This document shows, piece by piece, positions 18,597 through 29,931 of a stretch of DNA of 37,654 bases (positions are counted from its first letter, which is position 1; each line of letters begins with the position of its first letter). The position numbers were made by a program, and so were the translations under genes. Source of the stretch: Minisyncoccota bacterium (GTDB lineage: Bacteria; Patescibacteriota; Minisyncoccia; Minisyncoccales; PWPS01); contig JAIPIL010000002.1 in the NCBI GenBank assembly GCA_021734685.1, forward strand, positions 1-37,654. The letters run 5' to 3'. Under the pieces are notes generated by a model. The model ran no database searches, had not been told where the DNA came from, and saw only the letters and a program-made list of their open reading frames with translations.

Positions 18597-20234
18597 ATGA
18601 TTAAGCGCGAGATAGAAAAAATCATCAAAGACTGTTCAGGTGAAGATGGAAAAGTTGAGAAGCCGATCTCTGAACACGGGGATTACGCTTCCAGCGTTGC
18701 TTTTGATATTGCCAAGAAAGAAAAGAGAAACCCAAATCAGATCGCTGAAGAACTTAAAGATAAAATAAAATCAGAACTCTTTGAAAAAGTGGAGGTGAAA
18801 GGAGGGTTTTTAAACTTTTTTATCGCTGAAGACGCATTAAAAAAAGAAATCTCCTTGATCTTAGAACAGAAAGAAGAGTACGGAAGAGGAAACAAAGAAA
18901 AAACAGTAGTTGTTGATTACTCCTCACCAAACATTGCAAAGCCGTTTGGAATAGGACACCTCCGCTCCACAATAATCGGTCAAGCAATATATAACATCTA
19001 TAATTTTTGGGGGTGGAAGACTATCGGCGTTAATCACTTAGGTGATTGGGGAACGCAGTATGGAAAGATAATTTGCCAGATAAAAAAAGAAAACTTGGAT
19101 CCAGAAAAACTCTCTATAAAAGAACTTGAAGCAGTTTATGTTCGCTTTCACAAAGAAGCGGACGAAGACCCAGAGATAGAAAAAGAAGGAAGAGAGTGGT
19201 TTCACAAGCTGGAGAGAGGAGACGAAGAAGCAGTCAGAATGTGGGAGATATGCCGAAAAAAAAGCATTGAAGAGTTTAACAAGATATATCAAAAATTAGG
19301 AGTAGCAATAGATCACACCACCGGAGAAAGTTTTTATCAGGACAAGATTCAAGCAGTAATAGACGAAGCAGTTGAAAAGAAGGTAGCCGTAGAAAGCGAA
19401 GGAGCGCTCGTTGTCCACTTTCAAGATATGCCATCAGTTATAATCCAGAAGTCAGACGAAAGCACAACCTATCTTGCTCGCGATTTATCAGCAGTGAAGT
19501 ATCGCCTTGAAACTTTTTCTCCCGATCTTTTTATATACGAAGTGGGCGCAGAACAAACACTGTATATGAAACAGCTGTTTGCCACCGTAGAAAAATTAGG
19601 ATGGGCAAAAAAAGAACAGTTTGTTCATATGGCGCACGGGTTGTTTCGACTTAAAGACGGAAAACTTTCTACTAGAAAAGGGAAAACAATTCACCTTGAA
19701 GAAGTGCTTTCTCTTGCTGAAGAAAAAGCAAAAAAAATAATAGAAGATTCACTTTCTAGTGATCTTACAGAACAAGAAAAAGAAAAGATCTCTGAAACAG
19801 TGGCGATGGGAGCGGTTAAGTATAACGGACTAAAAAGTCACCACCGTCGCGATGTAGTTTTTGATTGGGATAGGGTGCTTGCCCTAAAAGGTGATTCAGG
19901 ACCATACTTACAATACACCTGTGTTCGTTGCAAAAGAGTTCTTGAAAAAGCAGGAGAGGGAGATTTTTCTGAAACAGAGAAGTTTAATGAAAACGAAAGA
20001 AAGTTAGCTTTGCGATTAGTTGAGTTCAAAGAAGTAGTTGAAGTTGCCGGAGAAACTTTTTCTCCAAACATAATTGCCGACTATGCACACCGATTAGCAA
20101 AAGATTTTAACCTTCTATATGAAGGGACAAAAATAGTAGGAAGCAAAAAAAGAATTGTCCTAACAAAAGCAACAAAAAATGTCCTAACAACCAGCCTATC
20201 ACTCCTAACTGTATCACTTCCGGACAAAATGTGA
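18597..20234 (+). CDS. argS: Arginine-tRNA ligase
   Basis: HGDYAS, VDYSSPNIAKPFGIGHLRST, GDWGTQ, KLSTRKG, GPYLQY, C-terminal KM; start trimmed to MIKRE. Confidence 0.97.
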   Translation: MIKREIEKIIKDCSGEDGKVEKPISEHGDYASSVAFDIAKKEKRNPNQIAEELKDKIKSELFEKVEVKGGFLNFFIAEDALKKEISLILEQKEEYGRGNKEKTVVVDYSSPNIAKPFGIGHLRSTIIGQAIYNIYNFWGWKTIGVNHLGDWGTQYGKIICQIKKENLDPEKLSIKELEAVYVRFHKEADEDPEIEKEGREWFHKLERGDEEAVRMWEICRKKSIEEFNKIYQKLGVAIDHTTGESFYQDKIQAVIDEAVEKKVAVESEGALVVHFQDMPSVIIQKSDESTTYLARDLSAVKYRLETFSPDLFIYEVGAEQTLYMKQLFATVEKLGWAKKEQFVHMAHGLFRLKDGKLSTRKGKTIHLEEVLSLAEEKAKKIIEDSLSSDLTEQEKEKISETVAMGAVKYNGLKSHHRRDVVFDWDRVLALKGDSGPYLQYTCVRCKRVLEKAGEGDFSETEKFNENERKLALRLVEFKEVVEVAGETFSPNIIADYAHRLAKDFNLLYEGTKIVGSKKRIVLTKATKNVLTTSLSLLTVSLPDKM

Positions 20235-20255
20235 GGAGGTAGGACACACCCTTCT

Positions 20256-20417
20256 TGTCATTCTGAGCGAAGCGAAGAATCCCATCATCTTTGCAAAAAC
20301 CATGAGATTCTTCACTTCACTTTGTTCCGTTCAGAATGACGGTGGAATGTCATTCCCAGCTTGACTGGGAATCCAGAAATCAGCGTTTTCAAAATTCAAA
20401 ATTCGTAATTCAAAATT
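20256..20417. repeat. REP doublet, type-A variant and TCAAAAT array
   Basis: Doublet 20257-20340; type A 20349-20376. Confidence 0.88.
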
Positions 20418-20422
20418 AAACC

Positions 20423-23272
20423 ATGGATAATCAAAAAGGAATCTTCTCCGAGGAGGAAGAAAAAGTAATCTCTTTCTGGGAGAAACAAAATATTTTTAAA
20501 AAGTCAGTTGAAAAAGATGCTCCCAACGGAAGTTACATCTTTTATGACGGCCCTCCGTTCATAACTGGACTTCCTCACTACGCAACTCTTCTCCCCAGCA
20601 TCGCAAAAGATGTAATTCCCCGATACTTCACAATGAAAGGGTATCGCGTTGATCGTGTTTGGGGATGGGACTGCCACGGGCTTCCCGCTGAAAACAAAGT
20701 TGAAGAAAAGTTGGAACTAAAAAACAAAAAAGACATTGAAGAACTCGGTGTTGATAAATTTGTTAATGCCTGTTTTGACTATGTCCGAACTGGTTCTGAA
20801 CAGTGGAAGTGGTATATCGACCGAATCGGAAGATGGGTTGACTTAGACAACGCCTACAAAACAATGGATCTCAACTTTATGGAGAGTGTTATCTGGGCGT
20901 TCAAAGAACTTCACGAAAAAGGACTAATCTACGAGGGACACCGGACATCACTTCACTGTCCTCGTTGTGCAACCCCTCTCTCAAAATTTGAGATAACAAT
21001 GGATGCTGATTCTTATAAAGATATTGAAGAAGAAGCGATCGTTGTTCGTTTCAAACTTGAAAACGGAAGATACCTTCTCTCGTGGACAACTACTCCGTGG
21101 ACGATTCCGGGAAATCTAGCACTGGCTGTTGGAAAAAACATAGAGTATAAAATTATTGAATTTAACAAAGAAGAGTATATTTTATCACCAGAAAGTATTG
21201 AACTTGTTTTCAGTGAAAAAGAGTACAAAGAAAAAGGAAGCATTAAAGGAGAAGAGTTGCTCGGCTTAAAGTACACTCCTGTTTTCAATCTGAAAAACAA
21301 AGAACTCTCTGAAAACAAAAACGCTTTCAAAGTTTATCACGCTGATTTTGTAAACACCGAAGAAGGAACCGGAGTGGTGCACATTGCTCCAAACTTTGGT
21401 GAGGATGATTTTGAACTTGGAAAAAAGATAGAACTACCAGTTGTTGATCTGATGGATGAGAACGGAGCCTATACTACAGAAGCAGGAGAGTGGAACGGTC
21501 TATACTTCAAAAAAGCAGGAAAAAAAGTAATAGAAGATCTCCAAGAAGACTTACTTTTAAAACACAACTACACTCACTCCTACCCTTTCTGTTACCGTTG
21601 CAAAACCCAACTAATTCACAAAACGCAGAAAGCGTGGTATCTGAAAATTAGCGCGATAAGAGAAGCGATGATTAAGAACAACGAGAAGATTAACTGGGTT
21701 CCTGATCACTTCAAAGAAGGAAGATTTAAATACAACCTAGAGAATGCTCCTGACTGGTGTCTTTCTCGCTCTCGCTACTTCGGTTCACCCGTTCCCGTTT
21801 GGAAGTGTTCCTGCGGAGAAGTAAAAGTAGTTGGCTCAGTAGAAGAGCTGGAAAAGTTAAGCAAACAAAAAGTCACCGATCTCCACCGTCCGTTCATAGA
21901 CAACATTGTTTTTGATTGTGAAGAGTGTGGACAACAGATGAAAAGAATTCCAGAAGTGCTTGACTGCTGGTTTGAATCTGGTTCAATGCCTTTCGGTCAG
22001 TTCCACTATCCTTTCCAAAACAAAGAGAAGTGGGAAGAACTTTTTCCATCTGATTTCATAATAGAGTACACCGGACAACTGCGAGGCTGGTTCTACTACC
22101 TTCACGCTTTATCAACCGCTCTCTTTAACGATGTTGCCTTTAAAAATGTTATCGTCACCGGAGTTCTTGCGGGTAACGACGGAAGAAAGATGAGCAAGTC
22201 TCTCGGGAACTACCCCGATCCAAAAGGAACCCTAGACAAGTACGGAAGCGACGCGCTAAGAATATACTTTATGTCTAGCCCAATTATGATGGGTGGCGAT
22301 ATGAACATCTTAGAAGAAGACATCCAGAACGCTCTCCGTAAAAATGTGATGCTTCTTTGGAATGTTGTTAATTTCTACGAGATGTTTTCAACTGAAAGCG
22401 AGAAGATAGAGAACGATTCTCTTAAAGCCCCACAATCAGAAAACGAGATGGACAACTGGATAATCTCTCGCTTAAACGAAACCATTATCGGAGTAGAAGA
22501 AAACTTGAAAAGCTACAATATGCCTGCTTCGTCATCTTTCATCTCTTCTTTCATTGATGACCTCTCCACTTGGTACATCAGAAGATCACGCGACAGGTTC
22601 AAAAGTGAAGACAGAGAAGAAGCAGTAACTGCAACAAAAACAACCCAGTTTGTTCTGTGGTCATTTTCAAAAGCAGTTGCGCCCGTAATGCCGTTTATCG
22701 CCGAAAGAGTTTGGCAGAAGATGACGGGAAACGATTTCAACGATGGAGAAAAATCAGTTCACCTCACAGCTTTTCCAACTCCTGAAAAAAACATAATAAA
22801 TCAAGAACTCTTAGAAGATATGAAGAAAGTGAGAGAAGTGGTTTCTCTTGCCCTGAAACAACGAGTAGATGCCGGAGTAAAAGTTAGACAACCGTTAGGA
22901 AAACTTCTTGTGAAAAGCAATATAAACAAAAACCTTCTTTACTTGATCAGAGAAGAAGTGAATGTGAAAGAAGTAGTAGTTGACAACAAGATAGAAGAAG
23001 AAGTCCAACTTGATCTAGAGATAACTCCTGAACTAAAAGAGGAAGGGGATTTCCGAGAAGTAGCAAGAACAATTCAAACTCTAAGAAAACAAGCAGGATT
23101 AGTTCCCGAAGACAAGATAACTTTACTTTATCAAGGAGAAGGGTTTGAAAACTTCTTTGAAAAATGGAAAGAAAACCTAAAAAAAGAAACCGGAACCGAA
23201 AAAATAAAAAAAGAAACAACAAAAACCCCAAAAGCACAAAAAAAGACAAAAATCCAAAACAAAGAAATTGTT

Positions 23273-23290
<18 letters not shown>
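20423..23290 (+). CDS. ileS: Isoleucine-tRNA ligase, type 2
   Basis: YDGPPF, GWDCHGLP, WTTTPWT, GTGVVHIAP, DWCLSRSR, KMSKS, KVRQPL. Confidence 0.96.
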
Positions 23291-23434
<144 letters not shown>

Positions 23435-23445
23435 TTTAATCAAAA

Positions 23446-24102
23446 ATGTTCACTCACCATCGTACTCAAGCAATAATCCTAGATGACAAACAAGTTGGTG
23501 AAGCCGATCGGATTTTTACTTTTTACACCAAAGACTTTGGAAAGATAACTGCAACCGGAAGATCAATTAGAAAAGGGAAGTCAAAGCTGAAAATGAACAC
23601 TCAACTCTTCTCTTTCTCAGAGATAGAGTTTATCCAAGGAAGAAAAAACAACACCCTCACTGACGCTGTCCTTTTATCAAGTTTCAGAAAAACAAAAAAC
23701 AACTTAGCAAAACTCTCTCTCTTCTACCGCATCGCCGAAACCACCCTCTCTTTCATAAAAGAACAAGAGAAAGACGAGAAGATCTTTAACCTTCTTCTTG
23801 AAACCCTTCAAGAAGTGGAAGAAAAAAACCTCTCCAAAGAAAAGCTGAAAATAATGTGGTGTGCCTACACTTTTCGCCTACTTTATTTTTTAGGATATAA
23901 GTTATATACTAAGGAGTGTATGATCTGTGAAGAGAAGATAGAAGCAGAGTGCTACTTCAACCCCGAAGGAAAAGGAGTAGTCTGCCCAAAATGCTACCCA
24001 AAAAACCCAACCGGAATCTACATAGACGACATAAAAAAAGTATTCCTAACAAACCCAAACCGTTGCATAAAAATAACAAAAAGCTATATAAATAACATAT
24101 AG
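23446..24102 (+). CDS. recO: DNA repair protein RecO
   Basis: GEADRIFTFYTKDFGKI, RKGKSKL, CMIC...CPKC Zn finger. Confidence 0.92.
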   Translation: MFTHHRTQAIILDDKQVGEADRIFTFYTKDFGKITATGRSIRKGKSKLKMNTQLFSFSEIEFIQGRKNNTLTDAVLLSSFRKTKNNLAKLSLFYRIAETTLSFIKEQEKDEKIFNLLLETLQEVEEKNLSKEKLKIMWCAYTFRLLYFLGYKLYTKECMICEEKIEAECYFNPEGKGVVCPKCYPKNPTGIYIDDIKKVFLTNPNRCIKITKSYINNI

Positions 24103-24106
24103 AAAT

Positions 24107-24420
24107 AATTTTCAATTTGGCAATTTTCAATTTTCAATGAATGACCAAATGACCAAATGACCAAAACAACCATTTCTGTCATTCTGAAGGAGTGAAACGA
24201 CTGAAGAATCCCATCATTCTTGTAAAAACCATGAGATTCTTCACTACGCTACGCTTCGTTCAGAATGACGGTGGGGTGGCTCTCACGCCCCCTGTCATTC
24301 CCACCCCCACCTGTCATTCCCGCTCCCCCTCTTGTCATTCCCGCGAAAGCGGGAATCCAGTTTTGAAAATTAAAAAATTGAAAATTCATTGAAAATTGCC
24401 AAATTGAAAATTGAAAATTT
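24107..24420. repeat. Inverted GAAAATT arms enclosing a REP doublet, stuttered half-sites and a type-A REP
   Basis: Doublet 24178-24269; half-sites from about 24293; type A 24334-24360. Confidence 0.9.
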
Positions 24421-24440
24421 TAGTCAGTGTTTTAATAATT

Positions 24441-24842
24441 ATGCCAAAAGTCAAAAGTCAAAAGTCAATTGTTAAATGTCAAAGTGGTTTCACCCTAATG
24501 GAACTAATGATCGTAATTGGGCTTCTGGTTATTTTCACCACCTTAACGATTCCTTACGGACTTAATTTTTATAACGCTCGGATGTTAGAAGAAGAAACCG
24601 CAAGCGTTGCAACTGTAATTGAGAGAGCAAGAGCTCACGCCGTATCAGGAAAAGAAGACAGCGATTGGGGAGTCCGATTTTTATACGCCCAAAATCAGTT
24701 CACAATATTCAAAGGAAGTTCTTGCGGATCAGGAACAATATACCAAACATTTAATCTAAACGACTCAACCGAACTAGAAAGCGAAATAAACTGCATAATC
24801 TTCGAAAGACACACAGGAATCCCAAAAATATATAATAACTAG
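24441..24842 (+). CDS. Type IV prepilin-like protein
   Basis: SG|FTLMELMIVIGLLVI N-methylation motif; ATG at 24441 preferred over the repeat-derived TTG at 24411. Confidence 0.88.
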   Translation: MPKVKSQKSIVKCQSGFTLMELMIVIGLLVIFTTLTIPYGLNFYNARMLEEETASVATVIERARAHAVSGKEDSDWGVRFLYAQNQFTIFKGSSCGSGTIYQTFNLNDSTELESEINCIIFERHTGIPKIYNN

Positions 24843-24979
24843 TGACAATTGACATGTGACATGTGACTGTCATTCCCGCCCCCACTTGTCATTCCCAGCT
24901 TGACTGGGAATCCAGTTTGTAATTTTGAACATTGTAATTTGTAATTTATTTGGAATTTGTAATTTAGAATTTGTAATTT
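24842..24979. repeat. TGACATG heptamers, type-A variant and TGTAATT array
   Basis: Type A 24888-24915. Confidence 0.88.
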
Positions 24980-24986
24980 AATATCT

Positions 24987-26600
24987 ATGTTAAAAAAAAT
25001 AACCATAATCCTACTAATCCTAGTCTTAATCTCTGCCGGAGTTGCTTACTTTTATTACCAAAGAAACATCTTCGGACAAGACAAAGTTCACTTTGAACTA
25101 ACTGCATCGGAAGATGTAATTACTGGAGAAGAGATGGAGTACACCGTGAGATACAAAAACAACAGTGATACTCGCCTAGAAGAATTTCTTCTTGTTTTTG
25201 AGTATCCTGAAAACTCACTTCCCGTTGAAGATGAAGAAGAAGATGAAAACATAATAAAACGCGGTGATTTTAGAAGAGAAATAAATGTAGGAGAGTTAAA
25301 CCCAGGGGAAGAAAAAATGGTTATCTTTAAAGCACTTCCTTTTGGAAAAGTAGATGATTCTTTAGAAGCAAAAGCGTGGATTAGTTATGTTCCTAAAAAT
25401 CTCACCTCTAAATATGAAGTAAACCGAGAACACACTTCCTTTATAGACAGCGTTCCGATTGATTTTGAGATTCAAATGCCATCAACCGTTGATCCAAGCA
25501 GAGAAGAAAGTATCCGCTTACTTTTTTCCTCTGACATAGAACAACCCTTGACTGACATAGAAGTAAAAGTTGAGTATCCAGAAAATTTTTACTTGATAAG
25601 AAGCACTCCAAAAACCGATGCCGATGAAAACGATTTTTGGAGATTGCCAGTACTAAACAAAGGAGATGACGGGGCAATAGATATAGACGGCCGTTTTGAA
25701 GGAGAGTCAGGAGATGTAAAGATAGTCCGAGCAACGCTCGGAGTATGGATAAACGACAACTTTATTGTTCTAAAAGAAGCATCAGAAGGAACTTCTATCT
25801 CGCAGAGCAGTCTTCTTTTCACAATTCTAATGAACGGAAAAGATGAGTATGTTGCCTCTCCAGGAGAGTTTGTTCACTACGAGATATTCTTCCGAAACAT
25901 CGGCCAAGAAACACTAAAAGATCTCTTTCTTCTCGTTGATCTGGACAAAACAACAATTGATCTTGATAAAGTAGAGCCGATGAACGGAAGATATCAAGAA
26001 GACAGAGATATAATAATATGGAGCCATGTTTTTAATTCTGAACTTCAATCACTAAGAGAAGACGAAGAAGGGAAAGTTGAGTTCTGGGTTGAGATAAAGA
26101 AAGATCTTCCGTTTGAGCCAGAAGTAGAGATAAAAGCAACAATGGAGAAAGCAATGAAAGAGATGGTTGCTTTAATAAACACAACCATTGAACTTAAACA
26201 AGAGATTACTACCGACTATCCTGAAAAAGACGGAAAGTCAACATTTAGCGCAAAGTGGGAGTTTGAAAGTTTGTTCAACGACATAGAAGATGTGAAGTTA
26301 GAAACAGAACTGAGCCGGTTTGCAACAATTGAAAAAGAGCAACTACCAGAAGGAGTAGAGCTTTCCTTTAACTCAATAACAAAAGAAGTAGAAATAACAG
26401 TTGACGAAGTACAAGCAAGAGAAAAAATAGAGATAGTACTTGAGATAGAGATGGATCCATCAAGAGAACTAACCGAAGAAGACACCCTAATCCACGAAAC
26501 AGTACTATCAGCAAAAGACAAACACACAAAACAACCAATAGCAGAAACAACAAAAGCAATAAAAATGCCAACAGAAGAAACCACAGAAGAAGAGGAGTAA
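24987..26600 (+). CDS. Membrane-anchored acidic protein with Ig-like (DUF11-like) domains
   Basis: N-terminal TM anchor; GEEMEYTVRYKN and PGEFVHYEIFFRN beta-sandwich-like motifs. Confidence 0.65.
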   Translation: MLKKITIILLILVLISAGVAYFYYQRNIFGQDKVHFELTASEDVITGEEMEYTVRYKNNSDTRLEEFLLVFEYPENSLPVEDEEEDENIIKRGDFRREINVGELNPGEEKMVIFKALPFGKVDDSLEAKAWISYVPKNLTSKYEVNREHTSFIDSVPIDFEIQMPSTVDPSREESIRLLFSSDIEQPLTDIEVKVEYPENFYLIRSTPKTDADENDFWRLPVLNKGDDGAIDIDGRFEGESGDVKIVRATLGVWINDNFIVLKEASEGTSISQSSLLFTILMNGKDEYVASPGEFVHYEIFFRNIGQETLKDLFLLVDLDKTTIDLDKVEPMNGRYQEDRDIIIWSHVFNSELQSLREDEEGKVEFWVEIKKDLPFEPEVEIKATMEKAMKEMVALINTTIELKQEITTDYPEKDGKSTFSAKWEFESLFNDIEDVKLETELSRFATIEKEQLPEGVELSFNSITKEVEITVDEVQAREKIEIVLEIEMDPSRELTEEDTLIHETVLSAKDKHTKQPIAETTKAIKMPTEETTEEEE

Positions 26601-26802
26601 TTTTCAATTTCAAACCCCCGTCATTCTGAAGGAGTGAAACGACTGAAGAATCCCATCATTCTTGTAAAAGCCATGAGATTCTTCGCTTCGCTCAGAATGA
26701 CGATGGAGTGTCATTGCCGCCCCCCCCCACTTGTCATTCCCAGCTTGACTGGGAATCCAGTCATCCGTGTTCATCCGTGTTCACATCCGTGTAAATCCGT
26801 GT
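26599..26802. repeat. REP doublet, type-A variant and ATCCGTG array
   Basis: Doublet 26620-26701; type A 26733-26760; ATCCGTGTTC repeats. Confidence 0.9.
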
Positions 26803-26819
26803 GTTTAATAAAAAAAATT

Positions 26820-28056
26820 ATGAAAAAAACCCTCCCAAACAATCTCCGCATCCTAACCCTCCCTCTTGAAAACACCCGTGTTGCCACGGTGTTTGTTTTA
26901 GTTAAAACTGGTTCAAAATACGAACAGAAAGAAACCTCCGGAATATCACACTTTGTGGAACATATGCTCTTCAAAGGAACAGAAAAAAGAAAAACCCCTC
27001 TTGAAGTCGCGGAAGAGTTAGACAAAGTAGGTGGAGTTTACAACGCCTTCACCGGCGAAGAGTACACCGGCTACTACGCAAAAGTTAATGTTGATAAGTT
27101 CTCCCTAGCCCTTAACTGGGTCTCAGACATCTACCTAAACTCCCTTCTCCCAGAAAAAGAGGTGGAGAAAGAAAAAGGAGTAATCAAAGAAGAGATAAAT
27201 ATGTACTTTGATAATCCGATGGCCCACTGTGAACTTCTCTTCCAAGAGCTTCTTTACGGTGACCAACCAGCAGGATGGAACATCGCAGGAACAAAAGAAA
27301 CTGTATCAGCAACCACTCGCAAAGATCTCTTAACTTATATGGAATCACAGTATAAGGCGGAAAATACGGTAGTCGTTGTTGCCGGAAACATAAACAAAGA
27401 AAAAGTGGAAGAAGAAGTGGCACAGGCGTTCTCCACAATCAAGACGGGCACCCCTAGAAAAGCACACCCCGTAGTGGAAAACCAAGAAGGACCAGCAGTC
27501 CTAAACTTCTACAAAGAAACTGATCAAACGCACCTCATCTTAGGAGCAAGAGCATTCAATATGTTCAGCGAACACCGCTACTCCCAAGAAGTGCTTGCTT
27601 CAATCTTAGGAGGAATGATGAGCTCTCGCTTGTTCTCAAAGATAAGGGAAGAGATGGGACTTGCTTACTACATTAAAACAAGCATTGATGACAACCCCGA
27701 CACCGGCGTTTTATACACAAGAGCAGGAGTTGAAAACAGCAAAACCGAAGACGCCGTAAAAGCAATAATGAACGAGTATAAAAAAATAACCGAAGAAAAA
27801 GTAACCGAAAAAGAACTAACAAAAACCAAAGAACACATAAAAGGAAAAACCGCAATAAGTCTTGAATCATCAGACTCGTTAGCCTACTTCCACGCAGTAA
27901 ACGAACTCCTAGAAAACAGAACATACACCCCCGAAGAGATCTTCAAAGCAATAGACAGCGTAACCGCAGAACAGATCCAACAAACAGCAAAAAAAATCTT
28001 CCAACCAAAAAACCTAAACCTAGTGGTATTAGGACCACACAAAAAAACAACCCTCC

Positions 28057-28067
<11 letters not shown>
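26820..28067 (+). CDS. M16 (pitrilysin) family zinc peptidase
   Basis: GISHFVEHMLFKGT (HxxEH), NAFT, SSRLF..IREEMGLAY; start trimmed to MKKTLPNN; stop lies inside a REP. Confidence 0.93.
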
Positions 28068-28379
<312 letters not shown>

Positions 28380-28388
28380 AAAACAAAT

Positions 28389-28416
28389 TTGTCATTTCAA
28401 ATTTTTTATATATAAT
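28389..28416 (+). promoter_or_regulatory. Promoter for the AI-2E gene, probably leaderless
   Basis: TTGTCA, 16 bp, TATAAT; ATG at 28424. Confidence 0.55.
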
Positions 28417-28423
28417 AAAAACA

Positions 28424-29440
28424 ATGCAAGAAAAAGCACCAAAAAACACCCTAGATCTCTCTTGGGGCGCTATAATTAAAATAGTTCTTGCTATTTTAGG
28501 CATCTACCTCATCTACCAGATATCAGAAATCTTGGTGTGGATTGTTTTTGCTTTTGTCATATCAATTCTTTTCAGCCCACTTGTGGAGTGGTTGAGAAAG
28601 ATAAAAATCCCCCGAAGCATCTCCGTAATAGTAGTTTACACTGGTTTTTTCGGACTAATCTCTCTCTTCGCATACTTAACCGTTCCGGTTCTGTACTCAG
28701 AGATGAAAACTCTTGCCACCGAGATTCCAAAACACATTGAAACAATCTCTCCATACTTGAAGTATATCGGTTTTGAAGCAGGGGAAACAATGGAAGATTT
28801 TACCGCAGTCTTCTTTGAATCGTTTGAAAAAATTATGGCAAATGTGTTCAGTTTTCTTGCGGTGATGTTCGGAGGGTTCTTCTCCGCAGCATTTATTATC
28901 ATCTTGGCGTTCTTCATCTCTCTTGAAGGAAACACCGTAGAAAAGGGAATAGAAGTGTTAGTCCGAGAGGACAACAAAAAAAGAGTTTTATCTCTATGGG
29001 AAAGGTGCCGTAGTCAAGTTAGTAAGTGGTTCTTGATACGACTACTCGCCGGAACATTTGTTGGACTTGCCTCATACATCGCTTTCTACTTCCTCGGCGT
29101 TGAGTATGCTCTTCTGTTCGCAGTAATCGGAGGAATACTAAACATCATCCCTTACATCGGACCAGTATTTGCCGGACTAGTATTCTCTGCGATTCTTATT
29201 CTAACCAATCCCGTTCAAGCATTTTTCGTAATAATCGCCTTCACCGTAATTCAAACAATAGAAAGCGCAGTAACTCCTTACCTCTCCGAAAAAATAATGG
29301 GAGTAAGCTCAGTCTTAGTTCTAATAGCAATAACCATCGGCGGATCCCTCTGGGGAGCCCTAGGAGCAATCCTAGCAATCCCCCTACTAGGAATAATCTT
29401 CGAATTCACAAAAGCATACCTAGAAAAAAGAAAGAAGTAA
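28424..29440 (+). CDS. AI-2E (PerM/UPF0118) family transporter
   Basis: Multiple TM helices, PLVEWL..KIPR, IPYIGP, GSLWGALGAILAIP. Confidence 0.9.
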   Translation: MQEKAPKNTLDLSWGAIIKIVLAILGIYLIYQISEILVWIVFAFVISILFSPLVEWLRKIKIPRSISVIVVYTGFFGLISLFAYLTVPVLYSEMKTLATEIPKHIETISPYLKYIGFEAGETMEDFTAVFFESFEKIMANVFSFLAVMFGGFFSAAFIIILAFFISLEGNTVEKGIEVLVREDNKKRVLSLWERCRSQVSKWFLIRLLAGTFVGLASYIAFYFLGVEYALLFAVIGGILNIIPYIGPVFAGLVFSAILILTNPVQAFFVIIAFTVIQTIESAVTPYLSEKIMGVSSVLVLIAITIGGSLWGALGAILAIPLLGIIFEFTKAYLEKRKK

Positions 29441-29443
29441 CAA

Positions 29444-29556
29444 AAATTTTCAATTTGGCAATTTTCAATTTTCAATAAATTTTCAAATGACCAAATTTCC
29501 AAACAATAAAAACAATTCCCAGCGCCTCAATTGTCATTCCCAGCGTCTCAATTGTC
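29444..29556. repeat. AATTTTC array and two 21-bp tandem REP half-site units
   Basis: ATTCCCAGCGCCTCAATTGTC (29515-29535) and ATTCCCAGCGTCTCAATTGTC (29536-29556). Confidence 0.85.
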
Positions 29557-29895
29557 ATTCCCAGCTTGACTGGGAATCCAGTAAACCGTCACCATGAAAA
29601 CATACTACGTTTACATTATGGCAAGCAAAAGAAACGGCACCCTTTATATCGGAGTAACCAATGACTTGGAAAGAAGAATATACGAACACAAAAATAATAT
29701 TATAAAAGGATTCACAGAAAAATATAAAGTTCATTATCTTGTATATTACGAAGAAACAAGTGATATAAAAACAGCAATAGAAAGAGAAAAACAAATAAAA
29801 AAATGGAACAGAAAATGGAAGTTAGAATTAATTGAAAAAGAAAATAAAGAGTGGGTAGATTTAACTACTGGATTCCCGCTTTCGCGGGAATGACA
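29553..29895 (+). mobile_element. Putative REP-flanked GIY-YIG cassette
   Basis: Forward type-A REP 29553-29581 and inverted type-A REP 29868-29895 bracket a single nuclease gene. Confidence 0.6.
29594..29893 (+). CDS. Small stand-alone GIY-YIG nuclease (UPF0213/YhbQ-like)
   Basis: YYVYIMAS..GTLYIGVTNDLERRIYEH, FTEKY, LVYYE, AIEREKQIKKWNRKWK; catalytic Arg and Glu present. Confidence 0.93.
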   Translation: MKTYYVYIMASKRNGTLYIGVTNDLERRIYEHKNNIIKGFTEKYKVHYLVYYEETSDIKTAIEREKQIKKWNRKWKLELIEKENKEWVDLTTGFPLSRE

Positions 29896-29931
29896 AAAAG
29901 GTTTTTAAAATTCGTAATTCAAAATTAACTC

